Positions 27,294 to 40,900 of a stretch of DNA of 64,000 bases are shown piece by piece (position 1 is the first letter of the stretch; the number at the start of each line of letters is the position of its first letter). The notes under the pieces are model-generated. The model was not told where the DNA came from and ran no database searches. It saw only the letters and a program-made list of their open reading frames with translations. A program made the position numbers and the translations under genes. Source of the stretch: Octopus vulgaris (taxonomy: Eukaryota). The stretch is from NCBI GenBank assembly GCA_951406725.2, contig OX597820.1, positions 41,292,001 through 41,356,000 of the forward strand. Reading direction: 5' to 3'.

Positions 27294-27912
27294 TACACAC
27301 ACGCACATACATATATCCACCATTACAGTCACCAATGATCACCATCAACATTCAACAACTATACCATGTGCAACATTATCAATGGTATCGTCAACATCTC
27401 CATCCATTTGGGACACCTGGATATTCAACATTACTCCAACTACTATCACCAGTCGTTAACAACTTCGCCATTACCAAAGTCCCAATTGGAATTGGATCCC
27501 ACTACCATTCACATCTACCGGTATTGCCATATTTTTTTGTATAACTGGCTGTAATAACAATCTCTATTCAATCCCAGATGAGAGTTCACTCTTTGCGATC
27601 TTTATGAGAAATGTGCTGACCATCTTCCTGTCAACTGTTAACTTCCGGGCAATGTGTAATATATGCACATTTATACGTACACAAGTATACTATGTACATG
27701 CGAAAATACATACATTCATACGTACGTACATACATGAATATATACATGTGCATACAGATAGATATGCATACAAACATATATATGTACACATCCGTATACG
27801 CAAATACTTACACATACTTAGATATATTTACATACATATCAAATTTTTATACATACATACGCATATCAAATATACATATTTAAATTTCTATATGCATATA
27901 TATGTACGTATG

Positions 27913-27974
<62 letters not shown>

Positions 27975-28103
27975 TATATACATACATATATAATACACAC
28001 ACACATATATATATGTATGTATGTATTATGTATGCATAGGTACAAATGGACACACACGTGCGCATATATATATATACATATATACATACATATATTAATA
28101 TGA

Positions 28104-28140
<37 letters not shown>

Positions 28141-28265
28141 TGTATGTATATCGATTGATAAGCTATGTCCACATGAATGATATTAAACGAAGATAGATGA
28201 GTCAGTGTCTGTAACCTAAAACAACCGGATTTCATTTATAAATACGTACATACGTACATACACGC

Positions 28266-28317
<52 letters not shown>

Positions 28318-28386
28318 TGCTTAGAAAGACGACTGAAACTTTTGCTTGTCATACATACGTACATAAAAGCACACATACATATATAC

Positions 28387-28438
28387 TTCTATTCTTTCAC
28401 ATGTTTTCGCCCTAAGGCTGTGGTCATGCTGGAGCACT
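28387..28438 (-). mobile_element. Family C tail fragment
   Basis: TTCTTTCACATGTTT...GGCTGTGGTCATGCTGGAGCAC. Confidence 0.55.
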
Positions 28439-29054
28439 CCCAGTTTTATACATATATATATATATATTACACTCACATTATTATATATTTTTATACTATT
28501 ATATTATATTACACAGCTATAAATATATTGAGTACTATTCGTTGTTTGTAAACACAAACGTGCAACAATCTGTATATATTATACACACGTACGAACATAA
28601 CATTGTATGAGTGTTTGTGTATGTGTGTGTGTGTGTATGTATGTGTGTGTATGTATGTGAACCGTGATACGATGTCATATATTATGATATTTCAACGAAG
28701 ATAATAGCAAGAATCATATGATAGAAGAAAAACACATTAACAGCAACACAATAAACAGCGGTGATAAGGAGGGCACACAACAACGGGAAGAAACAATAAC
28801 ACCAAAATGTACGGTATAAACATGGCACTCACAGGCTTGCTCCAGTGCGGGCAGAACCATCTTAGATACGAACACACATACCGAGAAAACAAATATGAGA
28901 CAAAAACCTTGGAAATGACTGCAACACTAAACAACTTGACCGGTGAGATTGGACAGGTGGACAGCTAGGAAATAGTAGTACGGTGTTGGTACTGGAGATA
29001 GTGGCGTATTACTGAGTGCACAGAACGAGGAGTGATATAGCTAGGGAGATGTTG

Positions 29055-29094
<40 letters not shown>

Positions 29095-29728
29095 GGAGAA
29101 AGAGAGAGAGAGAGAGAGAGAGGCAGACAAATAGACAATGTTAGATGCACATTAGAGATGAGGTAACATGGTCAGGAGAGATGGATGGATGAATGAACGG
29201 AGCTGTTAGTTAACAAAGTACATGAAGAATGGTGGGAGGGGTGACATGCAGCTGGTCAGACAGTACAGACCGATAAAACCGATAGAGAAGAGCATAGACG
29301 TGGAAAGCAACACCAGCCAGAATGATGTCCAGACATGATTGATCGATTTATCTATTAAGCGATAGTTTCACTTTTTCATTATGTCAATATTATAATACAT
29401 TTATATTATAAACTATATCAATATATATTCAAAAATATTATACATACATCTCAAGACACAAGCATACACAAACGTAAAGCATGTGCTATTAAAAAAAAAA
29501 TAACAGGTTAGTTCGCCGATTGTGTGATATGATCAGAGGAAAGGAAATTCGGGTGGATGCAGGGTGACAGAGTGCATCCCTCGATACGTATCGTGGGCAG
29601 AGTTTTGGACTTGTTTAAAGCGATGATAAAAGTTTAGCCAAATCTTACAAATGATGACCATTAATTCAAATAATAAACATTGTAATCATACATTCAATAT
29701 CTATACCTATACATCTGTCTATATATTT

Positions 29729-29788
<60 letters not shown>

Positions 29789-29930
29789 GTATGTATATAT
29801 ATATTCATATATATATACATACACATAAATACATGATCCTTTAGACGAGAACTGATGAAGATTTAGTGACATTCTATGTGTGTACTTTCCGTTTGTTTGT
29901 AATTCTATATAATTTTTGAAATATTACATG

Positions 29931-29961
<31 letters not shown>

Positions 29962-30305
29962 TGCTGATTTGCACATATGCGAGTGTATATGCATCTAGGT
30001 ATGTATGTGTGGTGTATGCATGCCTGCATGTATGTGCGTATGTACGCATGTACCTGTGTATAAACAATGACAAACTTGAAAATGGAAACAATCGCATGAC
30101 AGATTTCGGGAACATGCACGCTGCAAATCCGATTGGTGTTTATCTAGCTATATACTTTCTATTCTGCACTCATTAGCGATCCGTACTCGATATACACCGA
30201 TTTACCAAATCAAACAAACGCATGCATCCGTTATATAAACATACCTACCTACGCACACATACAAACATACATATACATACACGTGTGTGTACGTGTTTAC
30301 ACATA

Positions 30306-30347
<42 letters not shown>

Positions 30348-31204
30348 CGTATATTAATACATATATCTGTTTATATGTATCTATGTATATACACACACAT
30401 ATGCATATATGCATGTATGTATGTTTACACTTATGTATATTTATATGTGTATTAACTCACATACGCGGACATAAACGTAGCATACATGTATAGATAATGA
30501 TATTAACTGTGAGGAATATACTGCTGCGGATGTATATTGTGATGCCAGTACTGTTCGTCATAGTAGTATTAATGAATATAGTGGTTGTGGTGGTAGTCAC
30601 TGGCAGTGGTGTTATTAGTGGTAGTAGTGTTGGTAGCAGAAAAGGTGTTCATGAACTGTGATGATAGTGGCGGTAGAAATAGTGGTTATTGTTGTTGTTG
30701 TTGTTGGTGGTGTGTGGTGATGATGGTGGAAGTTGTGGTTGTAGTACTCGTTGTAGTAGCTTCTTTGGTTGTTGGTAGTATTGGTAATGTTTTGTTGCAG
30801 TCGTCGTTATTTAATTTTTTTTGTTTTTTTTTTTGTAATAGTATTACTGGTGTTTCCCTAAGAGCTCACGTCAAACAAAGAAGGTAAGTCAGTCAGTCAT
30901 TCTAAGATTTTAAACACACACGAGAGAAAGAACACCTTTATAAAGTCTATTGTAAAAGCAAAGGGAGACGAGACGGAAAGACACGCACCACCGAACAATA
31001 AGGAAAAAGCAGAAAAATGAACACAAAGCGAGAAATACACACAAAACACATGCGTACTTCTGTAGTATTTGGGTAAAAGCAAAATGAATAAAAGAAACGA
31101 TATATATATATGTGTGTGTATATGAGTGTGTGTGTGTATTAGTTTTCATTTTGCTCATACACACACACACACACACACACACACCTATATGTGCATGTAT
31201 ATAC

Positions 31205-31298
<94 letters not shown>

Positions 31299-31414
31299 AT
31301 ATCACTAGGCTTAAACGAATACGTGAAATGATAAAAATACGATTAAATCTAAGATTAAGATTAAGAGCGAAAGACAATGATATTATCAACAACAACAAGG
31401 AAAGAAGTAACGTA

Positions 31415-31449
31415 TGATAATGATGATGATGATGATGATTATGATGATC

Positions 31450-31504
<55 letters not shown>

Positions 31505-31530
31505 TGATAATCACAACAACAGTAACAAAC
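31415..31530. repeat. (GAT)n/(AAT)n/(AAC)n compound trinucleotide repeat
   Basis: Directly visible. Confidence 0.9.
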
Positions 31531-32042
31531 GGAAATAAATCCTTCCTAAATATAAACAATGAAGAAGATAAGAGATATATACATAACAAGCCAAGACGAC
31601 GAGTCGAAAGAAGCGAATGTTTTTTTTTTGTAATTTTTTTTTAAATAAAGGAATGTTTTTTTGTTTAAAAAAAAAAAGATGACAGCGAAAAAAAATTAAA
31701 AAGAAAGAAAAATTGAACAATGTTTCGTTTGTTGGTGTGTTTGTTATTATTAATTCATATGTGAAATGTGTGGGTTTAGAATTGACTAGAAAAAAAGGAT
31801 GAATACTACAAGAGCGATTATAAATATGCGTATTATAAGTGTGTTTGCGTGTTTGTTGTTTAAATACCATTTTGTATTTCTTTTGACAATATTTTTTTTT
31901 TCCTTTAAAAACTCGAGTAAGGAAAAAATAAAAATTATAGACGTGGATTAGCAGCGATCCGTCTGCGTGTAGGTGAGTGCGCGCGTTCGTATGTTAGTGG
32001 TTTTGTTTAGTATGAGTAGGTGTGAGTGTGTGTGTGTCTGTC

Positions 32043-32075
<33 letters not shown>

Positions 32076-33451
32076 ATGTATGTACGTGCGCGCGAGTGTG
32101 TATGTATGCATGTATGTTTTTATGTGGCTGTGATCGTTATTATTATCATTAGTTTACCTCGATTCCTAGCTTCGATTGACGTCCACTACGTTTTACCAAA
32201 GTCACCGTTGATCTTTTCCCTAATATTCTAGACGTTTTCTTCATTGAAATTCTGTGGCCGGCAGCGTTCCCTGCAAGGGAGGACATGGCCGACGAGAAAC
32301 TGCTAGCTCCTTCTCCCACCCTCACCCTCGTTACAACTACCTTTCTATCTCTCTCTTTCTTATTCTCTCTCTTTCTCTCTCTCTCTTGATTTCTATTTCT
32401 TTCTCTTTATCCCCTTCTATATATATATATATACATACATACAACTATATGCATATATATATATATGTATATACATATATATATATAAATTCACACACAC
32501 ACACACACGAACACAAACATACATACACACGTATATTTTTCTCCTTAGGTCTGTATATCTTTCTAATAAATAACTATTGAGTTCTCTCACCTTATTTTTT
32601 TTTCCTTTTCTTTACTTTGTCGATCCTTCAGTTAAATTCCAATCTTTCTCTCTCACACCTCTCTTCTCTATCACACACACACTCTCTCTCTCTCTCTCCC
32701 TCTCTCTCCACCTCTCTGTCACTGTAGATATTTCTACCCACTCACCGTTATTTTTCGTTTACGCTCTCTATTTTCTTTTTCTTTCAATCATTCTGTTTAT
32801 TTCTGTCTCTTCTGTTTTGTGTGTGTGTGTGTGTGTTTTTTTTTTTTTAAATCTGCCTCTGACTTTTGTACACATACGAATCTTATTATCTCTCTCTCTT
32901 TGGAGCTTCATTATATGTATGTCTATCTAGTCTTTGTTTTTCTCATATATGTACGTATCTATCTAATTCACCGATACTTCCTTTAAACGCCTTTCTGGAC
33001 GGCATGAGAGGAAGATAGCAGCAGATGTTTATAGAGAGGAAGTGAACGGTAGTCGGAGGTGGAGAAAGTGAAAGCTAGATAGAGAGAAAGAGATAGCGGA
33101 GAGATAGACAGTGGAAGAAAAGAGAACATGGAATAAGTAGAAAAAAAAAAGAGAAATATATGCTTTGTACAATGGTAGCAGAGGACATACAACAAAAAGA
33201 GTGAAAGAGAAATATGAAGAAAAGGCAAAATAGAAAGTAGAGGCAAATAGAACGAGAGTAGTTGTGTGAATGAGTGTGCTTGAATTGATATGAAATAATG
33301 ATTAAATAATGTTCAGTTAAACCTAACAAAAAAGAAGAAATAGAGCGAGAGAGAGAAAGAGAGAGCGAGAGAGAGAGAGAGAAAGAGTAAGCGAAAGAAA
33401 GCACTAAGTTACAGATAGTGTATTCAATAGTCATACACGTGTATGCATGGT

Positions 33452-33482
<31 letters not shown>

Positions 33483-33497
33483 ACTCGCTCTAAGATT

Positions 33498-33538
<41 letters not shown>

Positions 33539-34412
33539 GCATATATATGTATATAGATAGATAGATAGACAGATAGACAAAGATATAGTCATAGGTATAG
33601 ATAACCGTATATAAGGATGTATGTATATGAATGCATGTATGTGTGTATATAAAACGAATGCATTGAAAGCGATACGTTAAAATCCATATAAACACATCTT
33701 TCGTGCGTATGTGTATTTCTTTTGACATGTGTGTTGTATGTGCATGTGTTGATAAGTGAAGATATATATTTAAGAATGTATACATATATAAAAGAGTGTA
33801 TGTTGAGTGTATATATATATATATGTTAAGTTGTGTTATTCCTTGTTCACGCTTTACAAACGCGTTAGTGTGGAATATACAATGAAAACTGCCAGATGAA
33901 AAAATATCGGACCTTCCTTGAGGAGAGTGTGTTAGGAGAAACAGTCGCGCGAGGAGCCAGCTAACCAACCAGCCAGCAAGATAGTTCGCTATACTGACAG
34001 ACAGACAGACAGGCATGCAGTCGTAAATACAGACAGTCAGTCAGTCGGACAGAATGATGGGCGGATACACCGACAGACGGACAGGCACACAGTCATTATT
34101 GACAGACATGCAGAGAGAGAAAGACAAGGAAAGCACGCTATCTGATTGACTGTTCTGACGTATAGAAAGAAGAAAACCTGACAGACTGACAGACAGGCAG
34201 GCAGGCAGGCAGGCAGGTAGCCAAACAAGATAACAGACAGACAGGCAGGTAGGCTGACAGACAGACATGCCGTTAGACAGGTTGTTCTAACTTTAATCGA
34301 GCCGACCAATAATTTATTTCTTTATTTGTCTATTTATTTTTTTATATATATTTTTTATTTATTCAATGAAATTACCCCACGCAAGTCCATAGGCCATTTC
34401 GATGCAACAAGG

Positions 34413-34553
34413 CTTGGGCAAGTGTCTTCTACTATAGCCTCGGGCCGACAAATGCCTTGTGAGTGGATTTGGTAGACGGAAACTGAAAGAAGCCTGTCGT
34501 ATATATGTATATATATGTATGTATGTGTGTGTATGTTTGCGTGTCTGTTTTTG
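34413..34553 (+). mobile_element. SINE family C internal fragment
   Basis: CTTGGGCAAGTGTCTTCTACTATAGCCTCGGGCCGAC...GAAAGAAGCCTGTCG followed by the microsatellite. Confidence 0.9.
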
Positions 34554-34621
34554 TCTAGGAAAGAAAAAATTAGGAAAAAAATGGAGTGATATCAATGACA
34601 CAATATATATATATATGTATA

Positions 34622-35033
34622 TACTCTTTTACTCTTTTACTTATTTCAGTCAGTTGACTGCGGCTATGCTGGAGCACCGCCTTTAATCGAGCAAATCGAC
34701 CCCGGGACTTATTCTTTGTAAGCCCAGTACTTATTCTATCGGTCACTTTTGCCGAACCGCTAAGTGACGGGGACGCAAACACACCAGCATCGGTTGCCAA
34801 GCAATGTTAGGGGGACACACACAGACACACAAACATACACACACATACATACATATATATATATATACATATATACGACAGGCTTCTTTCAGTTTCCGTC
34901 TACCAAATCTACTCACAAGGCATTGGTCGGCCCGAGGCTATAGTAGAAGACACTTTCCCAAGGTGCCACGCAATGGGACTGAACCCGGAACCATGTGGCT
35001 GGTAAGCAAGCTACGTACCACACAGCCACTCCT
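34622..35033 (-). mobile_element. SINE family C, full length young copy
   Basis: Tail TACTCTTTTACTCTTTTAC through head CCACACAGCCACTCCT. Confidence 0.93.
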
Positions 35034-35349
35034 TGGTTTCAGTCATTAGAGTACGGCCATGCTGGGGCACCGCCTTAGAGAATTTTTTAGTCGAAGGAAT
35101 CGATCCCAGTACTTTTCTTTTTTAAGCCTTTTTTTTTTGCCGAAATGCCAAGTTACGGGGATATAAACAACCAGCACCGTTTGTCAAGCAGTGATTGGGG
35201 ACACAAAGACAGACAGACAGACCCAGGAGTAGATAGACAGCCGACAACTGACGAAGTCCTGTTTTCCATTTGTTTCTCTCGTTGTTTGCGTTTTGAACTC
35301 ATTTGTTTTCGTAATTCGTGTTGTTAACTATTGGTGACGTACACATATA

Positions 35350-35445
<96 letters not shown>

Positions 35446-35464
35446 AACACACATATTTATATAT

Positions 35465-35511
<47 letters not shown>

Positions 35512-35731
35512 TATACATATATATATATATATATACATATATTATTATTGTTCTTGTTATTATTATTATTATTATTGTTATTATTATTATTAGTAGTAGT
35601 AGTTAGTATTATTATTATTTGATTGAACACCATACATCCATTTCCAAGTTTACATATATATATATATTTACGTATATATTATGTAAATGTATATATATAT
35701 ATATATATATATTTGTGTGTGTGTGTGTGTG

Positions 35732-35771
<40 letters not shown>

Positions 35772-35941
35772 CACGTATATATGTATACGACAGGCTTTTT
35801 TCAGTTTCCGTCTACCAAATCCAGTGTCAAGAATTTGGTCGGCCTGAGGCTACAGAGGAAGATACTTGCCGAAGGTGCCACGAAGTGGCACTGAACCCGG
35901 GACCATGTGGTTGGGAAGTAAGCTTCTTACCACACAGCCAT
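35034..35941 (-). mobile_element. Older family C SINE with ~580-bp expanded or interrupted interior
   Basis: 3' half at 35034-35210 and 5' half at 35786-35941, separated by an unrelated ~115-bp insert and microsatellites. Confidence 0.75.
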
Positions 35942-36150
35942 GGTCTTCAAAAAAAATACAGTGTACCCCAAACTACATTATGCATCATGCTCTTTTTTAG
36001 GACCCTGCGGTGTGAGTTAAGGGACTGCTATATTTAGCAAGTTAAGTGACGATATAGAGATGGTCTTTTGTTGGCTAGTGTTTAAGTACGCCTATACAAT
36101 GGTTTATAAAAACACGTGCTCACAAAGACCTATGCATGTGTAAGTGTTTA

Positions 36151-36598
36151 GGGCTAATGCAGCTGAATGGTAAGAAGTTTGATTCTCAATCACATGGTTC
36201 CGGGTTCAGTCCTACTGCGTAGCTCTTGGAGGCCTTCTACTATGGCCCCGGATCGACCAAAGCCTTACGTCTGGTTTTGATAGATGGAAACTGAAAGAGG
36301 CCCTCGTATACACAACCATACGCACACACACACCACAATCACACACACACACATATGTATATATACTCCGTGTGTGTCTTTGTGTTTGTGCTTGTCCCCC
36401 ACCGACACGGGTTTATACCCCCACACTACTCGTGTTGGTTTGTTTACGTCCCTGTAACTTAGCAGTTTAACAAGTGAGACCGATAGAAGTGCCATGCTTA
36501 TTTTTTTTAAAATAAGTACTGGGGTCAACTCCCTCGACTAAAACCTTTAAGGCAGTGCCCCTGCATGGATACAGTCGAATAAGTGAAATAAATAAAAA
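36151..36598 (+). mobile_element. Older family C SINE
   Basis: GGTAAGAAGTTTG...CACATGGTTCCGGGTTCAGTCC...GTTTACGTCCCTGTAACTTAGC...AATAAGTACTGGGGTC...GCATGGATACAGTC. Confidence 0.85.
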
Positions 36599-36817
36599 GC
36601 TGATGAGTAACACCGTAGTTACTCAGAGTTTTGCTTCTGAATGATCGCATGATACCATATTCACTGAAAAGCGATAGAGTGAGTCATCAATGTGTTTATC
36701 TCGTGACTCTGCTCGAATGTTCCATAAACACTCTGGCACATGCTACCCGGATTACCACGTGATTTATTTTGTTATATAACACCAAATTTCTGCGACCAGA
36801 TTACTCCATTTTAGAGA

Positions 36818-37208
36818 GTGGAGGCGCAATGGCCCGTGGTTAGGGCAGCGGACTCGCGGTGGTAGGATCGCGGTTTCGATTCCCAGACCGGGCGTTATGA
36901 GTGTTTATTGAGCGAAAACACCTAAAGCTCCACGGGGCTCCGGCAGGGGATGGTGGTGATCCCTGCTGTACTCTTTCACCACAACTTTCTCTCACTCTTA
37001 CTTCCTGTTTCTGTTGTACCTGAATTTCAAAGGGCCGGCTTTGTCACTCTCTGTGTCACGCTGAATATCCCCGAGAACTACGTTTAGGGTGCACGTGTCT
37101 GTGGAGTGCTCAGCCACTTACACGTTAATTTCACGAGCAGGCTGTTTCGTTGATCGGATCAACCGGAACCCTCGTCGTCGTAACCGACGGAGTGCTTCCT
37201 CCCCTCCC
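36818..37208 (+). mobile_element. tRNA-derived SINE family B, full length (~385 bp)
   Basis: Head GGAGGCGCAATGGCCC(A)GTGGTTAGGGCAGCGGACTCGCGG with B box GGTTTCGATTCCC; near-identical to 51337. 12-bp TSD CCATTTTAGAGA at 36806-36817 and 37209-37220. Confidence 0.93.
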
Positions 37209-37509
37209 CCATTTTAGAGAACCAGCAGCTGTCACACTGAGACTTGCATAGTAGGTTCGAATAATTTCTCAGACCTTTTCTTTGGCTACCTCTTATACAT
37301 GTATCTCTCGACATTCATTTTTAACATCTGCTATTTCATCCACATTATTTTTCTATAGCTGCAGTTTCAACAACTGTCTTCACTCATGCTTTTTCAACCT
37401 TCCAGCTACATATTTTTCCTCACTGAAATCCCCTATCTACTCATTACTGTTTACTTGGGTCATGATCTTTACTAGAGCTGTCCCTTTACCTCATCTACTT
37501 GTACTCTAT

Positions 37510-37556
37510 CCAGTAGCATGGCCGCAGTCAAATGACTGACACAAACAAAAGAATAA
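37510..37556 (+). mobile_element. Family C extreme 3' tail fragment
   Basis: AGCATGGCCGCAGTCAAATGACTGACACAAACAAAAGAATA. Confidence 0.75.
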
Positions 37557-37590
37557 ACACACTCACCGGTAAAGTTCCCACTCAGTTACT

Positions 37591-37912
37591 TACTCTTTTA
37601 ATCTTTTACTTGTTTCAGTCATTGACTGTGGCCATGCTGGAGCACCGTCTTTAATCGAGCAACTAGACCCCGGGACTTATTCTTTTTGTAAGCCCAGTAC
37701 TTATTCTATCGGTACAACAGAAACAGGAGGATAGAGTGAGAGAAAGTCGTGGTGAAAGAGTACAGCGGGGTTCACCACTATCCCCTGCCAGAGCCTCGTG
37801 GAGCTTTAGGTGTTTTCGCTCAATAAACACTCACAATGCCCGGTCTGGGAATCGAAAGCGCAATCCTACCACCGCGAGTCCGCTGCCCTAACCACTGGGC
37901 CATTGCGCCTCC
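37591..37912 (-). mobile_element. Chimeric SINE: family B 5' half (37711-37912) fused to family C 3' tail (37591-37712)
   Basis: Minus strand: B sequence up to ...TTCTGTTGTACC joins directly to C sequence GATAGAATAAGTACTGGGCTTAC...; ACC microhomology at the junction. Confidence 0.85.
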
Positions 37913-38613
37913 TGTCAGACACTACCTATTGGACTGCGTTATCCTTCTTCATGACAGAAGTGTGTAAGTCGAGGGAAATTTTCCTACTATATCTACTATC
38001 ATGAAACTAAGAAGAAGTTGGCTGATATTACGCAAAGGTAACTTATATAAAAATATCGGTAATCATATGTAAGCACTGAGAAAAGGTGTGGATGGGGTAG
38101 AATTTCTCGAACGTTGAATGAGACACGTATCGGCAAGTCACTGCCATTCATTCCTCCTGACATATACATAAAAGTGTCTTCATATACTGTATCTTCTACA
38201 TTATATATATACAGCTTATCTGTAATATAACTAACAGCACCGAGAGGTTATCTTCTTGCTTTACTTCTCTGGAGATTTTATTGGAGTTACATATAAATGT
38301 AGAACTCTCAGCGTACATTGTTAAGATGGACGGAACGGAATTTACATTTTCAATTGTTCATATCAGAAACAATGTTATACTTTATCATATATGGCACACT
38401 TGCTAAAGCGAATGATTCTAGTATGAGTTTTAATTTGTTTAAAAAGCATCTCTTTTGTGTACACAAAAACACATACACACACACACACACACATGCATGC
38501 ATGCGTACATATTGATGCGTGCTTGTACAATGATATACCTGCATGTATGGACATTGTTGAGATTGTATTACGATTTTTCGTATTTCCCGATGTTTGCAAA
38601 TGAACCGGTGTGT

Positions 38614-38650
<37 letters not shown>

Positions 38651-38663
38651 CGCGTGTGTGTAT

Positions 38664-38759
<96 letters not shown>

Positions 38760-38788
38760 TGTGTGTGTGTTTGTATATATATATATAT

Positions 38789-38869
<81 letters not shown>

Positions 38870-39196
38870 GTGTGTGAGAGATAGAGAGGTGGGTAGAGAC
38901 AGACAGAATATTGTTTCAGCTTCATCAATATATGTTGAAGTTTTGCAACATATAACCGAGCATGTGCTGAGTTGTATAGCAAAAAAAATTATTGAAAGCT
39001 GCTTCAGCTAAAATGAAACTGCACTCCGTAACTCTGAAATATTTCGTCTTCTATAAAGGTGTCTGGCACCTGAGATCTAACATATATTGATATTGTAATT
39101 ATTGAGGTTGTAACCATAATGTATATTCGCCTACGCAAACGCACTCTCGTATGCATACATATTGAAAAGCATGAAGATATTTATGATCGCACACAG

Positions 39197-39227
<31 letters not shown>

Positions 39228-39372
39228 CATACATACATACATACATACATACATACATGCATACATAGATACATATGTACATACATACATCCATCCATAC
39301 ATACATACATGCATACATACATACATACATACATACATACATACATACATACATACATACATACATACATAC
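39197..39372. repeat. (TACA)n microsatellite
   Basis: Directly visible. Confidence 0.93.
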
Positions 39373-39867
39373 TTGCACGCACACTCATATTCGCACACAC
39401 ATATTCACACACAAACACACATATATATAGACATATAGATAATATGTATGTATATATACACACACACATACATCTATATACAAGACACATATATCAACAT
39501 GTACATACATACATACATACAAACATACATACGTACGCATGCACATGCACACGCGCACGCGAGCACACACACATACATGCACGCACGCACGCATATACAC
39601 ACACAAATAGGCTGTAGGTGAAATGAAGCGACTGTTCAGAACGAAGGCATACATTCTAGATTGTCATTTGGCAATTCGGCGGATGTTAGACGGCATACGG
39701 TTTTCACAATACGATATCATGAGAACTGTATTAGAAACTCTCTACATAATCGAATGTTAAAGTGAAAACAAAGAGAAAAAAAGTGAATGGGAAGCAAGTG
39801 AGGGACGAGAGATACAAGAAATATATGAACGAAAACTGTACGACGATGACCACCACCAACAAGAAGA

Positions 39868-40103
<236 letters not shown>

Positions 40104-40644
40104 AGATGCATTTTCTCTATTGCCCTCCGGATCGATTTATGCACATAAAAAGTGTTACAAAAAAAAAGTGTTATAAAGGCGTTTAGGAATGTACGTGCAT
40201 AAATTTATTAAAAGTGAACGGTGAGAAAGGACGATATACAAAAAATATTGAACAAATATAAAGGGAGACAAATTACACAAATTAATAAACACACATACAT
40301 ATATAAAAGAACTAAAATAAGATTAAAAAAAAAAATAAAGGGTTTTTGTTTTTTTATTGTTGCATTACGATCTCTCCCCCCACCCCAGCCGTATGAACGT
40401 GCATCCTCTTCTTGAAACGAATTGAGTCTGGGATCCAGTTTGTCTCAAGTGATTTCAGTTATATTACCGCGAACGTTATAACCGACCGAGTCACCATGTT
40501 TTGCCAAAGAACAGGTGGTGAATTTCCTCTTGCACCGATCGTGTATTAATGTATGTATGCATGCTTGTATGTATGTATGTATGTATGTATGTATGTATGT
40601 ATGTATGTATGTATGTATGCATGCATGTGTGTATTTATCTATCT

Positions 40645-40900
40645 GTGGAGGCGCAATGGCCCAGTGGTTAGGGCAGCGGACTCGCGGTCGTAGGATCGCG
40701 GTTTCGATTCCCAGACCGGGCGCTGTGAGTGTTTATTGAGCGAAAACACCTAAAGCTCCACGAGGTTTCCGGCAGGAGGTGGTGGCGAACCCCGCTGTAC
40801 TCTTTCGCCACAACTTTCTCTCACTCTATCCTCCTGTTTCTGTTGTACCTGTATTTCAAAGGGCCAAGCCTTGACACACTCTGTATCACGCTGAATCTCC
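40645..40900 (+). mobile_element. SINE family B, 3'-truncated
   Basis: Matches 51337 up to CACGCTGAATCTCC and then switches to family C sequence. Confidence 0.9.

Noticed and set aside
33075-34016. 313-aa ORF (likewise 61563-62438, 291 aa)
   Set aside because: Spans (GA)n/(TA)n repeats; composition is microsatellite-driven.
36600-36635. CTGATGA followed by the hairpin TGAGTAAC/GTTACTCA
   Set aside because: No GAAA box after the stem; just a short hairpin.
36818-36895. tRNA gene-like sequence (also 1701, 12427, 40645, 51337)
   Set aside because: A/B boxes run straight into SINE bodies with TSDs and no proper acceptor stem; these are SINE heads, not tRNA genes.
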